The notes under the pieces were generated by a model. The model did no database searches. It was not told the DNA's origin and worked only from the letters and a program-made list of their open reading frames with translations. Of a stretch of 64,000 nucleotides of DNA, positions 1-10,840 are shown piece after piece. This DNA is from Chloroflexota bacterium (GTDB taxonomy: Bacteria > Chloroflexota > UBA11872 > VXOZ01): the NCBI GenBank assembly GCA_965219505.1, contig OZ244775.1:3357569-3421568 (forward strand), written 5' to 3'. The stretch's first letter is position 1. Each line of letters starts with the position of its first letter. The position numbers and the translations under genes are program-made.

Positions 1-2
1 TT

Positions 3-410
3 GTGGACGTCAGTCATCCGCAATGTGAGCGTCAAGTGGCAGCCGTCTACCAGACCCTGGCCGACCTTGGCATCGTGGACAAACCCATCATCACGGTCCT
101 AAACAAGATAGACCGGCTCGAGGGACTCGCGCCGAATCCGGCGGACTACCCCAATCCTGTGTTCATTTCCGCCCGTGAAGGAGACGGACTGGAGACGCTC
201 TTGGATACGGTGGCAAGCACACTCAACGCGCAGCTTTCGGTTGACGTGCACGTGCGCATCCCCTACAAAGAGGGGCGCTTGGTCAGCCTTTTCCACCAGA
301 GAGGCAGCATTCGCCGCGAGCAACACCGTGCCGACGGTACCGTGATCGAAGGGACGCTCCCACGCAAGTACTGGCCGGCGCTGCGCCCGTACGTCATCGG
401 TTCCACGTAG
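3..410 (+). CDS. hflX: GTPase HflX, C-terminal part (truncated by window start)
   Basis: D-x-SHP, G4 NKID, G5 ISAR-G-GL, and HflX C-terminal domain IPY-EG-LVS-FH-RG. Confidence 0.88.
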   Translation: MDVSHPQCERQVAAVYQTLADLGIVDKPIITVLNKIDRLEGLAPNPADYPNPVFISAREGDGLETLLDTVASTLNAQLSVDVHVRIPYKEGRLVSLFHQRGSIRREQHRADGTVIEGTLPRKYWPALRPYVIGST

Positions 411-432
411 CCCACTCAAAAAACGGCCTGCT

Positions 433-1419
433 ATGACCCCCACCAATCGCCGCACGCTTCCCATAGTCTACACGCCGCTTCACCAACCCCACGTGCCGCG
501 TATCGAGCTTTCCTACAACATTGTGGTAGATCATCCGGAAGTGCCGGAGCGCGTCGAGGTGATGGCGAAAGCCTTACAGCAGGCGGGGCACGCCGACAGC
601 TTTGTAGAGCCGCTTGACTATCCGTTCAAATTCGCCGCCCAGGTACACGATGAGAGCCTCATAGCGTTCTTGGAGCAGACCACGACCCGCCTCGCCGAGT
701 CTGATGGAGACTCGGTGCTGGAGACACCGTACACCATTAGTCCCGACACGCCGCTGGCAGCGAATACACTCAAAAAGGCATGGCTGGCGTCGTGTGTGGT
801 GCTCACCGGCGCCGACATACTGCGTGGCGGAGCGCCCTGTGTCTATGCCTTGGAGCGTCCGCCAGGGCACCATGCAGGCCGCTACAAGTACGGTGGCTAC
901 TGCTACATCAATCATGCGGCAGTAGCTGCCAGCGTTCTCAATGGGCACGGCCGCGTCGCCGTGCTCGATATCGACTTCCACCACGGCAACGGCACACAGG
1001 AGATCTTCTACGACACCGACGAGGTGCTCTACGTCAGCTTGCACGGCCATCCCGCCTGGGCGTATCCGCGCTTTAGCGGCTGGCCCGAAGAGACAGGTTC
1101 AGGCGCGGGCGAAAATTTCAACCTCAATCTGCCGCTGCCTATGTTTACTGAGAATAGCGCCTTTCTGGAGGCATTCTCTCAGGCTCTGGAGAAGATTGTC
1201 TGGTATGCCCCTGACTATCTCATCCTCTCAAGTGGGTTCGACACGCGTGCCGGCGACCCCGTCGGCGCCTTCTCGCTCACCGACGAGTGCTACCAGGCCG
1301 TTGGCGAACAGCTTGCCGCGCTCTCGGTGCCGATACTAGCGGTACAAGAAGGCGGCTACGACCTGGAGGGCCTGGGCAAAGCAGTGGTAGCGCTGGTGGA
1401 CGGCCTCGTGCAGTCCTGA
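433..1419 (+). CDS. Histone-deacetylase family protein (acetylpolyamine amidohydrolase-like)
   Basis: HPE-PER, RPPGHHA, GGYCYIN, DIDFHHGNGTQ, SLH, GFD, QEGGY motifs. Confidence 0.9.
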   Translation: MTPTNRRTLPIVYTPLHQPHVPRIELSYNIVVDHPEVPERVEVMAKALQQAGHADSFVEPLDYPFKFAAQVHDESLIAFLEQTTTRLAESDGDSVLETPYTISPDTPLAANTLKKAWLASCVVLTGADILRGGAPCVYALERPPGHHAGRYKYGGYCYINHAAVAASVLNGHGRVAVLDIDFHHGNGTQEIFYDTDEVLYVSLHGHPAWAYPRFSGWPEETGSGAGENFNLNLPLPMFTENSAFLEAFSQALEKIVWYAPDYLILSSGFDTRAGDPVGAFSLTDECYQAVGEQLAALSVPILAVQEGGYDLEGLGKAVVALVDGLVQS

Positions 1420-1597
1420 GCGTCCCTATGATCGTGCCACTCGACCCCTTTCCCGCCAAACTAGCTTGCCACACCAATTTCGGCGCGCCCGCTATCGGCC
1501 TTCCTAATCTTCTACCCCGTAAAGGCTCACGGCCGGCTGATCATCAGCCCTCTCTCAGCTCATTCGGCACCATTAAGGGTCCCGCTATGAACGGGAC

Positions 1598-1777
1598 GTA
1601 ATCGATTTGTGAACATTCGATTAACACCCACGTCTTGGTATCGCAATCCGGCGAATGCGCCGCCTGCCTTGTGTCGCGCCAGATAGCGGCGGTTTGCCGG
1701 GTGTTGAACAAAGACTGCCGAAAGTCGTTATTCCCTGTCATAGAGCCAATCTTTACATCTTTATCTGATTGTTAACA
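1598..1777 (+). promoter_or_regulatory. Possible Pho-box-like direct repeats upstream of pstS
   Basis: TGAACA (1610) and TTAACA (1621) 11 bp apart; TTATCT (1761) and TTAACA (1772) 11 bp apart; TTTACA at 1752. Confidence 0.35.
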
Positions 1778-2000
1778 CGCCCCCGAATTGCGTTGACCGG
1801 TTTCAAGACCCCGTGATACCTTGCCTCACTGTTGGAAGTAATACTTTGTTCGGTGCCCGGCTCTATTGGCGTAGGATCGCACTAGGTGGCTTCCTCCCGG
1901 CCCACGGCGAAGATGAGGAAAAGGGGACGTGCACCACGCCCGGCATGCCACGCACAAGTGAACAGAGTGCTGTCGCACCAAGCCTAAAGAGAGGAAATAA

Positions 2001-3026
2001 ATGACAGCACCGCTTCGGTTGAGCAGACGACGGTTCACCATTGCTTCAGCAAGCTTGGTGAGCTTTGCCATTTTGGCCGCCTGCGGGAAGCAAGAGTCCG
2101 ATACCGGCCTACAGGGCGACATCATCATCGACGGCTCCAGCACGGTCTTTCCCATCACCATGGCCGCTGCTGAAGAGTTTGGCATCATGCATAACGGCGT
2201 GCGCGTCAGTGTCGGGGTCTCCGGCACGGGCGGCGGCTTCAAGAAATTCGCCGCCGATGAGACTGACATCTCAGACGCCTCTCGGCCCATCAAGCCTTCC
2301 GAGCGCGAGGCCCTGGCAAGTGCCGGTATCGAGTTCATCGAGCTGCCGGTTGCCTATGACGGCCTGACCGTAGTCGTGAACCCCGAGAACGACTGGGTCG
2401 ACTGCCTGACGGTTGACGAACTGAAGAAGATGTGGGAGCCGGCAGCACAGCGCACCATCACGAATTGGAACCAAATTCGCGATGGATTCCCGGACATGCC
2501 CTTGGATCTCTTCGCCCCTGGCGTAGATAGCGGAACGTTCGACTACTTTACCGGGGCCATCGTCGGCGAGGCACAGTCCAGCCGCGGCGACTTCCAGGCC
2601 AGCGAGGATGACAACGTGCTTGTGACCGGCGTCTCCGGTAGCAAGAGCGCCATTGGCTACTTCGGTCTCTCCTACTATGTGGAGAATACCGACAAGGTGA
2701 GGGCCGTGCCGATTGACTCCGGCAACGGCACGTGCGTTGAGCCAACCTTCGACACGGTCCGCAACGGCAGCTATCAGCCGTTGAGCCGCCCAATCTTCAT
2801 CTACGTGAGGGTGGACGCGGCTGAGCGGCCCGAGGTAGACGCCTTCGTAAAGTACTACCTCAGCAAAGAGTTCACGCCACTGATTTCCAGCCCCGAAGTC
2901 GGCTACGTCCAGCTCGGCGATGAAATCTACGAGGCGCTCACACAGCGCTTCGCCAACCATGTAACGGGCACGTTGTTCCCCAACGGCGCGGAGGTCGGCG
3001 CCTCGCTCGATCGCTACATGCAGTAG
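2001..3026 (+). CDS. pstS: Phosphate ABC transporter substrate-binding lipoprotein
   Basis: Lipobox [37 protein letters not shown]; RBS GAGG upstream. Confidence 0.95.
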   Translation: MTAPLRLSRRRFTIASASLVSFAILAACGKQESDTGLQGDIIIDGSSTVFPITMAAAEEFGIMHNGVRVSVGVSGTGGGFKKFAADETDISDASRPIKPSEREALASAGIEFIELPVAYDGLTVVVNPENDWVDCLTVDELKKMWEPAAQRTITNWNQIRDGFPDMPLDLFAPGVDSGTFDYFTGAIVGEAQSSRGDFQASEDDNVLVTGVSGSKSAIGYFGLSYYVENTDKVRAVPIDSGNGTCVEPTFDTVRNGSYQPLSRPIFIYVRVDAAERPEVDAFVKYYLSKEFTPLISSPEVGYVQLGDEIYEALTQRFANHVTGTLFPNGAEVGASLDRYMQ

Positions 3027-3231
3027 AGGGTGCCCAAGGCTTGAGACAGATAACACCTCCTTGCAGTGAAGCCAGTATAGTTGAAGGAATGCTGCCGGCA
3101 TTCTCCTTGTTGGAGAGTGTCGGAGCAGTATTTCTTGAAGAGGTAGGTACACCCAAGTAGGGGCTGAAGAGATAGTCGACGCGTAGCGCTGCTACAGGGC
3201 CAAAGCAGTAGCAGTTAAGAGAGGAAGTTTG

Positions 3232-4173
3232 ATGGCAGAGGACGTATCACCGTTCTCACACTACCCGCCGCGCAATGACATGAGTAGCCGGACGAGTCGA
3301 CGCCTCAAAGAAGAGGCCATACGCATCACGCTGCTGGCTACGGCAACGCTTTCCATCGTTACCACCCTCGGCATCCTCCTCTCCCTCACGGGAGAAACGT
3401 TGCTCTTCTTCAGGGAAGTATCAATCCTCGAGTTTCTCACCGAGACCGAATGGACCCCGCTCTTCTCAATAAAGAAGTTTGGCATCTGGCCGCTGGTAAC
3501 TGCTACGGCCCTTGTTGCCTTCATTGCCCTTGCGGTGGCTATCCCCACTGGGCTGTTGATTGCCATCTACCTGAGCGAGTTTGCCCGGCCCCGGGTGCGC
3601 GACGTTGTGAAGCCTGTGCTCGAGGTGCTTGCCGGCGTGCCGACCGTGGTCTACGGCTATTTTGCTCTCACCCTGGTAACGCCTATTCTGCAAGAATTCA
3701 TTCCCGGGATGCGCATCTTCAATGCGCTGAGCGCAGGCATAGTGATGGGCATCATGATCATACCCATGGTAGCCTCCCTGAGCGAGGATGCCATCGGCGC
3801 GGTGCCCCAAGCCTTGCGCGAGGGAGCGTATGGCCTAGGTGCGACCCGCTTTGAGGTAGCGACCCAAGTCGTGGTGCCGGCGGCGCTCTCCGGGATCGTA
3901 GCCTCGGCTGTGCTGGCGCTTTCCCGCGCCGTCGGTGAGACTATGATCGTCTCGATCGCGGCGGGCCAAAACCCCACTTTTACGCTTGACCCCCGCGTAC
4001 CCATCGAGACAATGACAGCGTATATCGTGCAGGTAAGTCTTGGAGACACGCCCTACGCTTCGCTTGAGTACCGCACGATCTTTGCCGTGGGTACCATGCT
4101 CTTCTTCTTGACCTTTGCGATGAACATTTTCGCTCACTGGTTTGTACGCCGGTTCCGCGAGGAGTACGACTAA
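3232..4173 (+). CDS. pstC: Phosphate ABC transporter permease PstC
   Basis: [19 protein letters not shown] (EAA loop), SRAVGETM; operon position. Confidence 0.95.
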   Translation: MAEDVSPFSHYPPRNDMSSRTSRRLKEEAIRITLLATATLSIVTTLGILLSLTGETLLFFREVSILEFLTETEWTPLFSIKKFGIWPLVTATALVAFIALAVAIPTGLLIAIYLSEFARPRVRDVVKPVLEVLAGVPTVVYGYFALTLVTPILQEFIPGMRIFNALSAGIVMGIMIIPMVASLSEDAIGAVPQALREGAYGLGATRFEVATQVVVPAALSGIVASAVLALSRAVGETMIVSIAAGQNPTFTLDPRVPIETMTAYIVQVSLGDTPYASLEYRTIFAVGTMLFFLTFAMNIFAHWFVRRFREEYD

Positions 4174-5069
4174 TGGCTGAAGAGACCGGAACGGTAAGCC
4201 GCGGCGCGCCAGTGTTTGGCGCGAGCATGCAGTGGCGCCGATTCAAGGCCCACTTCTTTGTGGTGTTAGGCTTGCTGAGCGTCTTGCTCGGTGTTCTGAC
4301 TCTCGTCGTGCTCTTAGTGGACGTTATCGTACAGAGCGCCGGGTGGTTCGACTGGCAGTTCTTCACCAGCTTCGACTCCCGTTTTCCAGAGCGGGCCGGT
4401 ATCAAAGCCGCGTTATTCGGCACGCTCTACATGATGGCCATTACCATGCTGATTGCCGTACCCACCGGCGTCATGTCCGCGTTGTACTTGGAGGAATACG
4501 CTAGTGACAACTGGTTCACCCAGTTCATCCAGGTGAACATTGCCAATTTAGCTGGGGTGCCCTCCATCGTCTACGGATTGCTTGGCCTGCAGGTGTTCGT
4601 GCGCTATATGGACATGGGGCGCAGCGTGTTAGCCGGCTCGTGCACCATGGCGCTCCTCATTCTGCCCATCATCATCGTCGCTTCCCGCGAGGCAATTCGC
4701 GCCGTGCCGCCGAGCATGCGGGAGGCCTCATTCGCCCTCGGCGCTTCCAAGTGGGAGACGGTACGCCACCACGTGCTGCCGTACGCACTGCCCGGTATGC
4801 TTACCGGCGCCATACTGGCTGCCGCCCGCGCAATTGGAGAGACCGCGCCGCTCATCACCATCGGCGCTCTCACCTTCGTGCCGTTTCTCCCTGAGCACCC
4901 GCTGGACCGCTTTACCGTGCTGCCGATTCAAATTTTCAATTGGGTTTCACGCGCTCAGTCGGATTTCCATGATCTCGCGGCAGCAGGTATCATAGTCCTG
5001 CTCGTCGTCCTAATTGTGCTAAATTCAGCAGCCATCTATCTCCGCCAACGCCTACGCACACGGTACTAG
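4173..5069 (+). CDS. pstA: Phosphate ABC transporter permease PstA
   Basis: [28 protein letters not shown]; TAATG overlap with pstC. Confidence 0.95.
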   Translation: MAEETGTVSRGAPVFGASMQWRRFKAHFFVVLGLLSVLLGVLTLVVLLVDVIVQSAGWFDWQFFTSFDSRFPERAGIKAALFGTLYMMAITMLIAVPTGVMSALYLEEYASDNWFTQFIQVNIANLAGVPSIVYGLLGLQVFVRYMDMGRSVLAGSCTMALLILPIIIVASREAIRAVPPSMREASFALGASKWETVRHHVLPYALPGMLTGAILAAARAIGETAPLITIGALTFVPFLPEHPLDRFTVLPIQIFNWVSRAQSDFHDLAAAGIIVLLVVLIVLNSAAIYLRQRLRTRY

Positions 5070-5091
5070 CCTGCGAAAAGGAAGGAACTGT

Positions 5092-5961
5092 ATGATAAAG
5101 ATGCCGTTCATTAGGACCAAAACGGAAGTTGCCGCCAAGGAAGTGGTTAGGCAGCCAGCTCCCGCAGAGAAGGCCAAGGACGCTCCTGTGGAAATTCCCG
5201 ATCCCGCAGTAGAAGTAAATAACTTCAGTCTGTGGTATGGAAACTTCCGCGCGGTTACGGATGTTTCGATCAAGTTTCCGCGCAAGAAGATAACGGCCGT
5301 CATCGGCCCCTCCGGCTGCGGCAAGAGCACGTTGCTGCGCGCAGTTAACCGCATGAACGAACTCATCGGCGGCGTGCGCTCGGCAGGCAACGTGATGCTG
5401 GAAGGCGCCAACATCTACGCGGATACGGTGGACCCCGTCGAAGTGCGGCGGCGCATCGGCATGGTCTTTCAGAAGCCGAACCCGTTCCCGCGTTCCATTC
5501 GCGACAACATCCTCTTCGGCGCGCGCGTGAACGGCTACCAAGCGGATGAAGATGAGCTTGTGGAAGCAGCCCTGCACGGCGCTGCCCTGTGGGACGAGGT
5601 CAAACACGATCTCAAGCAGAGCGGTCTGGCGCTTTCCGGCGGACAGCAACAGCGCCTCTGCATCGCCCGCGCCATCGCCGTCTCTCCCGAAGTGCTGCTC
5701 ATGGACGAGCCGTGCTCCGCGCTTGACCCCATCGCCACCCTGAAAATCGAAGACCTCATGCGCGAGCTGGCCAAAGACTTCACCATCATCATCGTTACCC
5801 ACAACATGCAGCAGGCCGCCCGCGTCTCGGACTACACCGCCTTCATGCTCTCCGACGACAAGGCGCGCGGGAAGCTCATAGAGTTCGGCCCCACCGCAGA
5901 CCTCTTCACCAACCCCACGGACGAGCGCACCGAGGCATACATCACCGGCCGCTTTGGGTAA
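5092..5961 (+). CDS. pstB: Phosphate ABC transporter ATPase PstB
   Basis: [46 protein letters not shown]. Confidence 0.97.
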   Translation: MIKMPFIRTKTEVAAKEVVRQPAPAEKAKDAPVEIPDPAVEVNNFSLWYGNFRAVTDVSIKFPRKKITAVIGPSGCGKSTLLRAVNRMNELIGGVRSAGNVMLEGANIYADTVDPVEVRRRIGMVFQKPNPFPRSIRDNILFGARVNGYQADEDELVEAALHGAALWDEVKHDLKQSGLALSGGQQQRLCIARAIAVSPEVLLMDEPCSALDPIATLKIEDLMRELAKDFTIIIVTHNMQQAARVSDYTAFMLSDDKARGKLIEFGPTADLFTNPTDERTEAYITGRFG

Positions 5962-6088
5962 GGGCTGCGAACTACTGCGGGCAGACCCCCCAAAGAAACC
6001 TGCGCCTATCCGGAAGCGCGCAGACAGTTCTCGCTCCACCCAATGCAACATAGGATGGGTTTACCTGCCCCGAAGGCAACGGCACTGT

Positions 6089-6122
6089 TCCCTCTCCTGG
6101 GGGAGAGGGTTAGGGTGAGGGC
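6089..6122 (-). repeat. REP-like palindrome, family R1 (CCCTCACC-N-CCCTCTCCC...GGGAGAGGG)
   Basis: Related copies at ~25767-25806 and, split by inserted elements, at ~44428-44646, ~56415-56740, ~61921-62248. Confidence 0.75.
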
Positions 6123-7213
6123 GACTCCGAAGTTTCCATGCCACTCTGGCCCTTGCGCCGCAGATGATACTGCGGAATTGCCACCGGCTGACCCCCAGCG
6201 GCGGCGGATTCGGCGGCGCAAACGCCGGCCAGGCTGTGCATGATCCCTTCGTACACGTCAAGGGTTGGCGCCTTGCCTGTCCTGATGGCGTTGAGGAAGT
6301 CAGTAAGCATATACCACTCGGTGGTGCCGCGGCCGCCAAGCCTTGCCGTCTCCGGCGTGTCCGGGAACTTTGTGCCCAGAGGCAGGTTGTCGGGCACGGT
6401 AAACTCCGATTCTCCCGCATAGCGGAACTTGGGCTCGTCCTTGCCGATCCAGCCGGAATCAAACGTGGCTTTAGTGCCCATAAACACTTGGCGGTGACCG
6501 CCCCAGTGGGTGTTGGCAAACGAACACGTGATGCGCACCACGCTGTCGTCCGTCATGCGAAAGATCGCGAACTGCAAGTCGATGAGGTCGGGCTCGAAGT
6601 TACTATCCGTACCCATGCACGTCACTACTACCGGATATTGGCCGGTAACCCGCATGATCGGTCCCAGGCTGTGCGTGAGATACGTGATGGGCGCCATGTA
6701 CCACCGCCACGTGCGATTGCCGTGCTCGTCACGCCGCAACTTGGAAGTATTGTGGACGTACTCCGCCTCCGCAGCGAAAATGTGGCCCAAGTCACCGCGC
6801 CTGAAGAGTCGCCGCAAGGAGTCCACGTACGCCCAGTAGTTGCAATTCTCACCGCTCATATAGATGGCATCACTCTTTTCCGCCGCCGCAACGAGCTGCT
6901 CCGCGTCTTCGCGCGTGCCAATCGTCGGAATTTCGGAGACTACGTTAATGCCCGCCTCCAGCGCTGCAATTGCTTGTTTGGCATGTTGCGCCACCGGCGT
7001 CGCCACCACCACGATGTCCAGGTCGGCAGCAAGCAACTCCTCGCACGTTGTAAAGCACTGGGGGATGCCGTGCTCCCGGCTGAACGTGTGCAGCCGATCT
7101 ACATTCATGTCCGCCACCGCCACCACGGTCACGCCGTCCATGGCCTGCAGCACCCGCACAAAGTTTCCACCCCTCCCCAAACCCAATATACCGGCACGCA
7201 GTTCGCTGCTCAT
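6110..7213 (-). CDS. Gfo/Idh/MocA family oxidoreductase (paralog 1)
   Basis: Rossmann GILGLGRG, VVVATP, SEIP, GENCNY, EAEYVH, YLTHSLGP. Confidence 0.9.
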   Translation of the reverse strand: MSSELRAGILGLGRGGNFVRVLQAMDGVTVVAVADMNVDRLHTFSREHGIPQCFTTCEELLAADLDIVVVATPVAQHAKQAIAALEAGINVVSEIPTIGTREDAEQLVAAAEKSDAIYMSGENCNYWAYVDSLRRLFRRGDLGHIFAAEAEYVHNTSKLRRDEHGNRTWRWYMAPITYLTHSLGPIMRVTGQYPVVVTCMGTDSNFEPDLIDLQFAIFRMTDDSVVRITCSFANTHWGGHRQVFMGTKATFDSGWIGKDEPKFRYAGESEFTVPDNLPLGTKFPDTPETARLGGRGTTEWYMLTDFLNAIRTGKAPTLDVYEGIMHSLAGVCAAESAAAGGQPVAIPQYHLRRKGQSGMETSESPSP

Positions 7214-7423
7214 AGTATTCCTCGTTCCGTTCCTGCTTGCGACGTCACATGAGTTCTTGGAGGATTGCGCCTAGTCCCACGGGTTGGACCATCGGCGACA
7301 CTGCGGAATCCCGCGCCCTGCTTCGTCACTGCGCAACCACTCATCCTCAATTGGGCTCAGGAGGTGCGGTAGCACTTCACGCGAACTGTACTCTTGATCC
7401 GTTCGCGAAGCATCCAGTACGCT

Positions 7424-7452
7424 CTGGATGCTGGCTTTCGCCGGAATGACGG
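7424..7452 (-). repeat. REP-like palindrome, family R2 (CGTCATTCC-GC-N4-GC-GGAATCCA)
   Basis: Copies at 7424-7452, 9594-9620, 23935-23962, 40888-40916, 54060-54088, all intergenic. Confidence 0.8.
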
Positions 7453-7556
7453 TGCCGCGCACAATTCCCCGTGGACAGAGGAAACGCTCTGTAACAGAAG
7501 CGATCGCTCTGCGGCGTAACGAATCCGCCGGTCAGCTGCTTCTTCTGTCCGCTTCG

Positions 7557-8621
7557 CTACGCCTTGCGCTGTAGCTGGTACTGCGGTATCGCTACCGGTT
7601 GGCCGCCGTTGGCGGCAGATTCGGCAGCGCAAACGCCGGGCAGACTGTACATGACGCCTTCGTAGACATCGAGCTTGGGCGTGGCGCCTGTGCGAATTGC
7701 GTTGAGGAAGTCGGTGAGCATGAACCATTCGGCGGTGCCGTGACCGCCAAGTGCCGCGTGTTCCGGCGCTTCCGGGAAATTCGTGCCGAGAGGCAGGTTG
7801 TCGGGCACGGTAAAGTCCTCTCCCGCGTAGCGGAACTTCGGTTCGTCCTTACCGATCCAGCCGGAGTCAAAGGACGCCTTGGTGCCAAAGAACACCTGGC
7901 GGTGGTTGCCCCAGTGGGTGTTGGCAAAGGAGCACGTGATACGCACCACGCTATCATCCGTCATGCGAAAGATCGCGAATTGCAGGTCGATAAGGTCCGG
8001 CTCGAAGTGGTTTTCCGTACCCATGCACGTCACTTCTACCGGGTACTGGCCCGTAACCCACATGACGGGTCCCAGGCTATGCGTGAGGTACGTAATGGGC
8101 GCCATGTACGACCGCCACATGCGATTGCCGTGCTCGTCGCGCCGCAACTTGGGGATGTTGTGGACATACTCGGCTTCCGCGGCGAAGATGTGGCCGAAGT
8201 CGCCGCGCTGATTGAGGTGTTGTAGAGAATGAACATAGGCCCAGTAGCTGCAGTTCTCGCCGCACATATAGATGGCGTCACTCTTTTCTGCCGCCGCAAC
8301 GAGCTGCTCTGCCTCCTCCCGCGTGGCGAGCGTAGGAATCTCAGAGATTACGTTGATGCCCGCCTCGAGTACAGCAATCGAATGCTCGGCGTGCTGCGGC
8401 ACCGGCGTCGCCACCACCACGAGGTCCAGGTCAGCCGCAAGCAACTCCTCGAATGTCTCAAAACACTGGGGGATGCCCTGATCCCGGCCGAACTCTTGCA
8501 GCCGCTCTTCATTCATGTCCGCTACCGCCGCCACAGTCACCCCATCCATGGCCCGCAACACGCGCACGAAACTTTTCCCACGGCCCAAGCCCAATACACC
8601 GGCTCGCAGATCGCTGCTCAT
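7557..8621 (-). CDS. Gfo/Idh/MocA family oxidoreductase (paralog 2)
   Basis: Same motifs; long identical stretches with 6110-7213. Confidence 0.9.
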   Translation of the reverse strand: MSSDLRAGVLGLGRGKSFVRVLRAMDGVTVAAVADMNEERLQEFGRDQGIPQCFETFEELLAADLDLVVVATPVPQHAEHSIAVLEAGINVISEIPTLATREEAEQLVAAAEKSDAIYMCGENCSYWAYVHSLQHLNQRGDFGHIFAAEAEYVHNIPKLRRDEHGNRMWRSYMAPITYLTHSLGPVMWVTGQYPVEVTCMGTENHFEPDLIDLQFAIFRMTDDSVVRITCSFANTHWGNHRQVFFGTKASFDSGWIGKDEPKFRYAGEDFTVPDNLPLGTNFPEAPEHAALGGHGTAEWFMLTDFLNAIRTGATPKLDVYEGVMYSLPGVCAAESAANGGQPVAIPQYQLQRKA

Positions 8622-8677
8622 CGCATTCCTCGCTTTCGGCTGCTCATGACATTACCCGAGATTTCTATGGATACCGC

Positions 8678-9442
8678 CTATCCCAACGACGCGGTCTGCT
8701 CCAGGAGATTGTTCATGCCGTTCATGACGAAGACGGAGTCGTTGCCGAACCAGAGGAAGCGGAAGCCCTCGGCGACGCGCTGCTGGGCCTGCTCGTAGCT
8801 TTGGCAGACGTAGCCCGCTGCCGTGCCGGTGCGCTTGCCGGCCGCGGCGACCTGCTGCACCAGCGCCTCATGGTGTGCTTCGTTGTGGCCGTGGGCGTGC
8901 ACATTTATCATGAGGTCTCCCGGCCCAATCAGTACCACATCCACACCGTCTGCCTGCATGATGCTCTCCACGTTGGCAATCGCCTCTTCACTCTCGACCA
9001 TGACGATAACCATAACCTCATCGTTGGCAGCGGCGTAGTAGTCCTGCGCCGTGCCGCCGCCGATAAGGCCGAGGCGCATCCCGCCGCCGGAGCGGGTGCC
9101 GTCCGGCGGGAATCGTGCCGGGCTCGCCATGGCCGCGGCCTGCTCGGCAGTCTCCACCATCGGAACAATGACGCCCATGGCGCCCATGTCGAGCACACGG
9201 TTAATGGTGCCCGGTTCGTGGCCTTTCACGCGCACGATGGGAGCGGAGTCGGTATGGAGAAACCGCGCCAGCGCGTTGTTCAGCGAAAGTTCGGTCCACT
9301 GACCGTGTTGCCAATCGAAGCTCACAAAGTCGAAGCCCACGTGGGCAACCTGCTCCGCCAAGTCCGGCGAATCTATGCCCATGGCCGGTCCGGCAGTAAC
9401 GCCCCCGGCACGAATCTTCGCCAGCGCCCGGTTCTTCTGCAT
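8678..9442 (-). CDS. HpcH/HpaI aldolase family protein
   Basis: GFDFVSFDWQHG, LDMGAMGVIVPMV, FPP-G-R, MVES, IGPGDL; start moved to ATG 9442 (RBS GGAG). Confidence 0.9.
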   Translation of the reverse strand: MQKNRALAKIRAGGVTAGPAMGIDSPDLAEQVAHVGFDFVSFDWQHGQWTELSLNNALARFLHTDSAPIVRVKGHEPGTINRVLDMGAMGVIVPMVETAEQAAAMASPARFPPDGTRSGGGMRLGLIGGGTAQDYYAAANDEVMVIVMVESEEAIANVESIMQADGVDVVLIGPGDLMINVHAHGHNEAHHEALVQQVAAAGKRTGTAAGYVCQSYEQAQQRVAEGFRFLWFGNDSVFVMNGMNNLLEQTASLG

Positions 9443-9680
9443 TGTTTCAAACGCTCCTTGTTTTCTCTGGCTTTTGGTGTGCTTGCACAACTCGAATTGT
9501 CTTGCTCACGTCTGCCGCTCCAGTCTTCACGTGCCGTTGTGAAAACCGAATTCCCTTGGTACCAATCCGCTACCTGAGTAACAGCGTCAAATTCGTCATC
9601 CCCGCGTAAGCGGGAATCCATCTTCTCTGTGCAACTGATCGCCCTTGGTATGGCAGCAGCGGCGAATTTGCCACTAGCGC

Positions 9681-10673
9681 CTAGTTCGCCAGTCCCTGCA
9701 GCAGCGCCCGCACGTAGCCCACCGAGTAGGCGATATACTGCCGTCCGTTCGCAGTATCGCCGGTCAACTGCATCACGTGGTCGAAGTCAATCGCACCCTG
9801 GTAGTTTACCGCATGCAGCGCTTCCACGACGTCCTGCATGTGCATATCGCCTTCGTCTAGGAACACCTCGTCATAGCCGCCGTCCGCGGGCAGTTTGCCG
9901 CGCACGTTGCGAAAGTGCACGTGCACGATCTTGCCTTGTCCGCCAAAGTGGCGAATGCCCGCAAGAATGTCCTCTCCCGATTCGTAGCGCGTGCCGACGC
10001 AGAACGTCATGGTGTTCTTCGAACTCGGCACTTCAGTGAAGAGTCGGTCGAAATCGGCAAAGCGGCACATTATCTGGGGATTGCCGTAGAGTTCATACAG
10101 CGGCGGGTCGTTGCCATGCATAGCAACATTGATGTCCGCCCGCTCCGCCACGGGAATAAGTTGCTTGTAGGTGAGGATCAGGTTCTCCCAGAGCTGGTCG
10201 CTGGTGACGGTGAACCGCGGCGCTTCCTGTATTGCTTCTTCCGCTGCCAGGTCGAAGTGGTAGTAGCGGTACCCGCCCCGTCCCTCCGGCCACGACCGAC
10301 CCGTAGCCGAGCCGCTCCTGGCGTTGTCGGCTTGGAAGCACTGAACCCCAAACACGGGCACACCAACCTCCGCTAGCATCTCCGCCATGGTGCAAAGGTG
10401 ATCGCGCTGCTGGGCCGCGTTGGGCCCGCCGATGAGGGCATCCAGGTGCTGCGAATTGCGCGCGTTGGCGCGTTCGATCTGAAGGCCGGCTGCCGCAAAG
10501 CGCTCCACTAGGTCGTGCAATGCCTCCCGCGTGAAGCAACCGGACTGATTGTATCCCGCTACCATCCCAAGCTCGATGTCTACGTAGTCCACGCCGATCT
10601 GCTTGAGAAACCGGAAGTCATCATCACCCCCGTTATCCAACCACTGCCGGGAAGTGCGTACACCGATACGCAT
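9681..10673 (-). CDS. Mannonate dehydratase (UxuA)-like sugar-acid dehydratase
   Basis: LWENL, IPVAE, HGNDPP, FCVG, HVHFRNVRG, E-FLDEGD, DH motifs. Confidence 0.8.
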   Translation of the reverse strand: MRIGVRTSRQWLDNGGDDDFRFLKQIGVDYVDIELGMVAGYNQSGCFTREALHDLVERFAAAGLQIERANARNSQHLDALIGGPNAAQQRDHLCTMAEMLAEVGVPVFGVQCFQADNARSGSATGRSWPEGRGGYRYYHFDLAAEEAIQEAPRFTVTSDQLWENLILTYKQLIPVAERADINVAMHGNDPPLYELYGNPQIMCRFADFDRLFTEVPSSKNTMTFCVGTRYESGEDILAGIRHFGGQGKIVHVHFRNVRGKLPADGGYDEVFLDEGDMHMQDVVEALHAVNYQGAIDFDHVMQLTGDTANGRQYIAYSVGYVRALLQGLAN

Positions 10674-10840
10674 GGCGATTACTCCTTTGCTATGTCCGTA
10701 AGTTCGCGTTGCTGCCTCTTTGTCCTAATGAGCCCTTCTTAGCTTCTTACCGTGTATGCTACACCGTAATGCTTGCGCCGATACGGCACGGCCGGTACGC
10801 CAAGCCCGTGTGTTTCTCAAAAGAATCCATTTTGAACGAG

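Noticed and set aside
4990-9577. Long antisense ORFs (4990-6051, 6164-7252, 8453-9577 and similar elsewhere)
   Set aside because: Shadow frames of well-supported genes in GC-rich DNA; no motifs.
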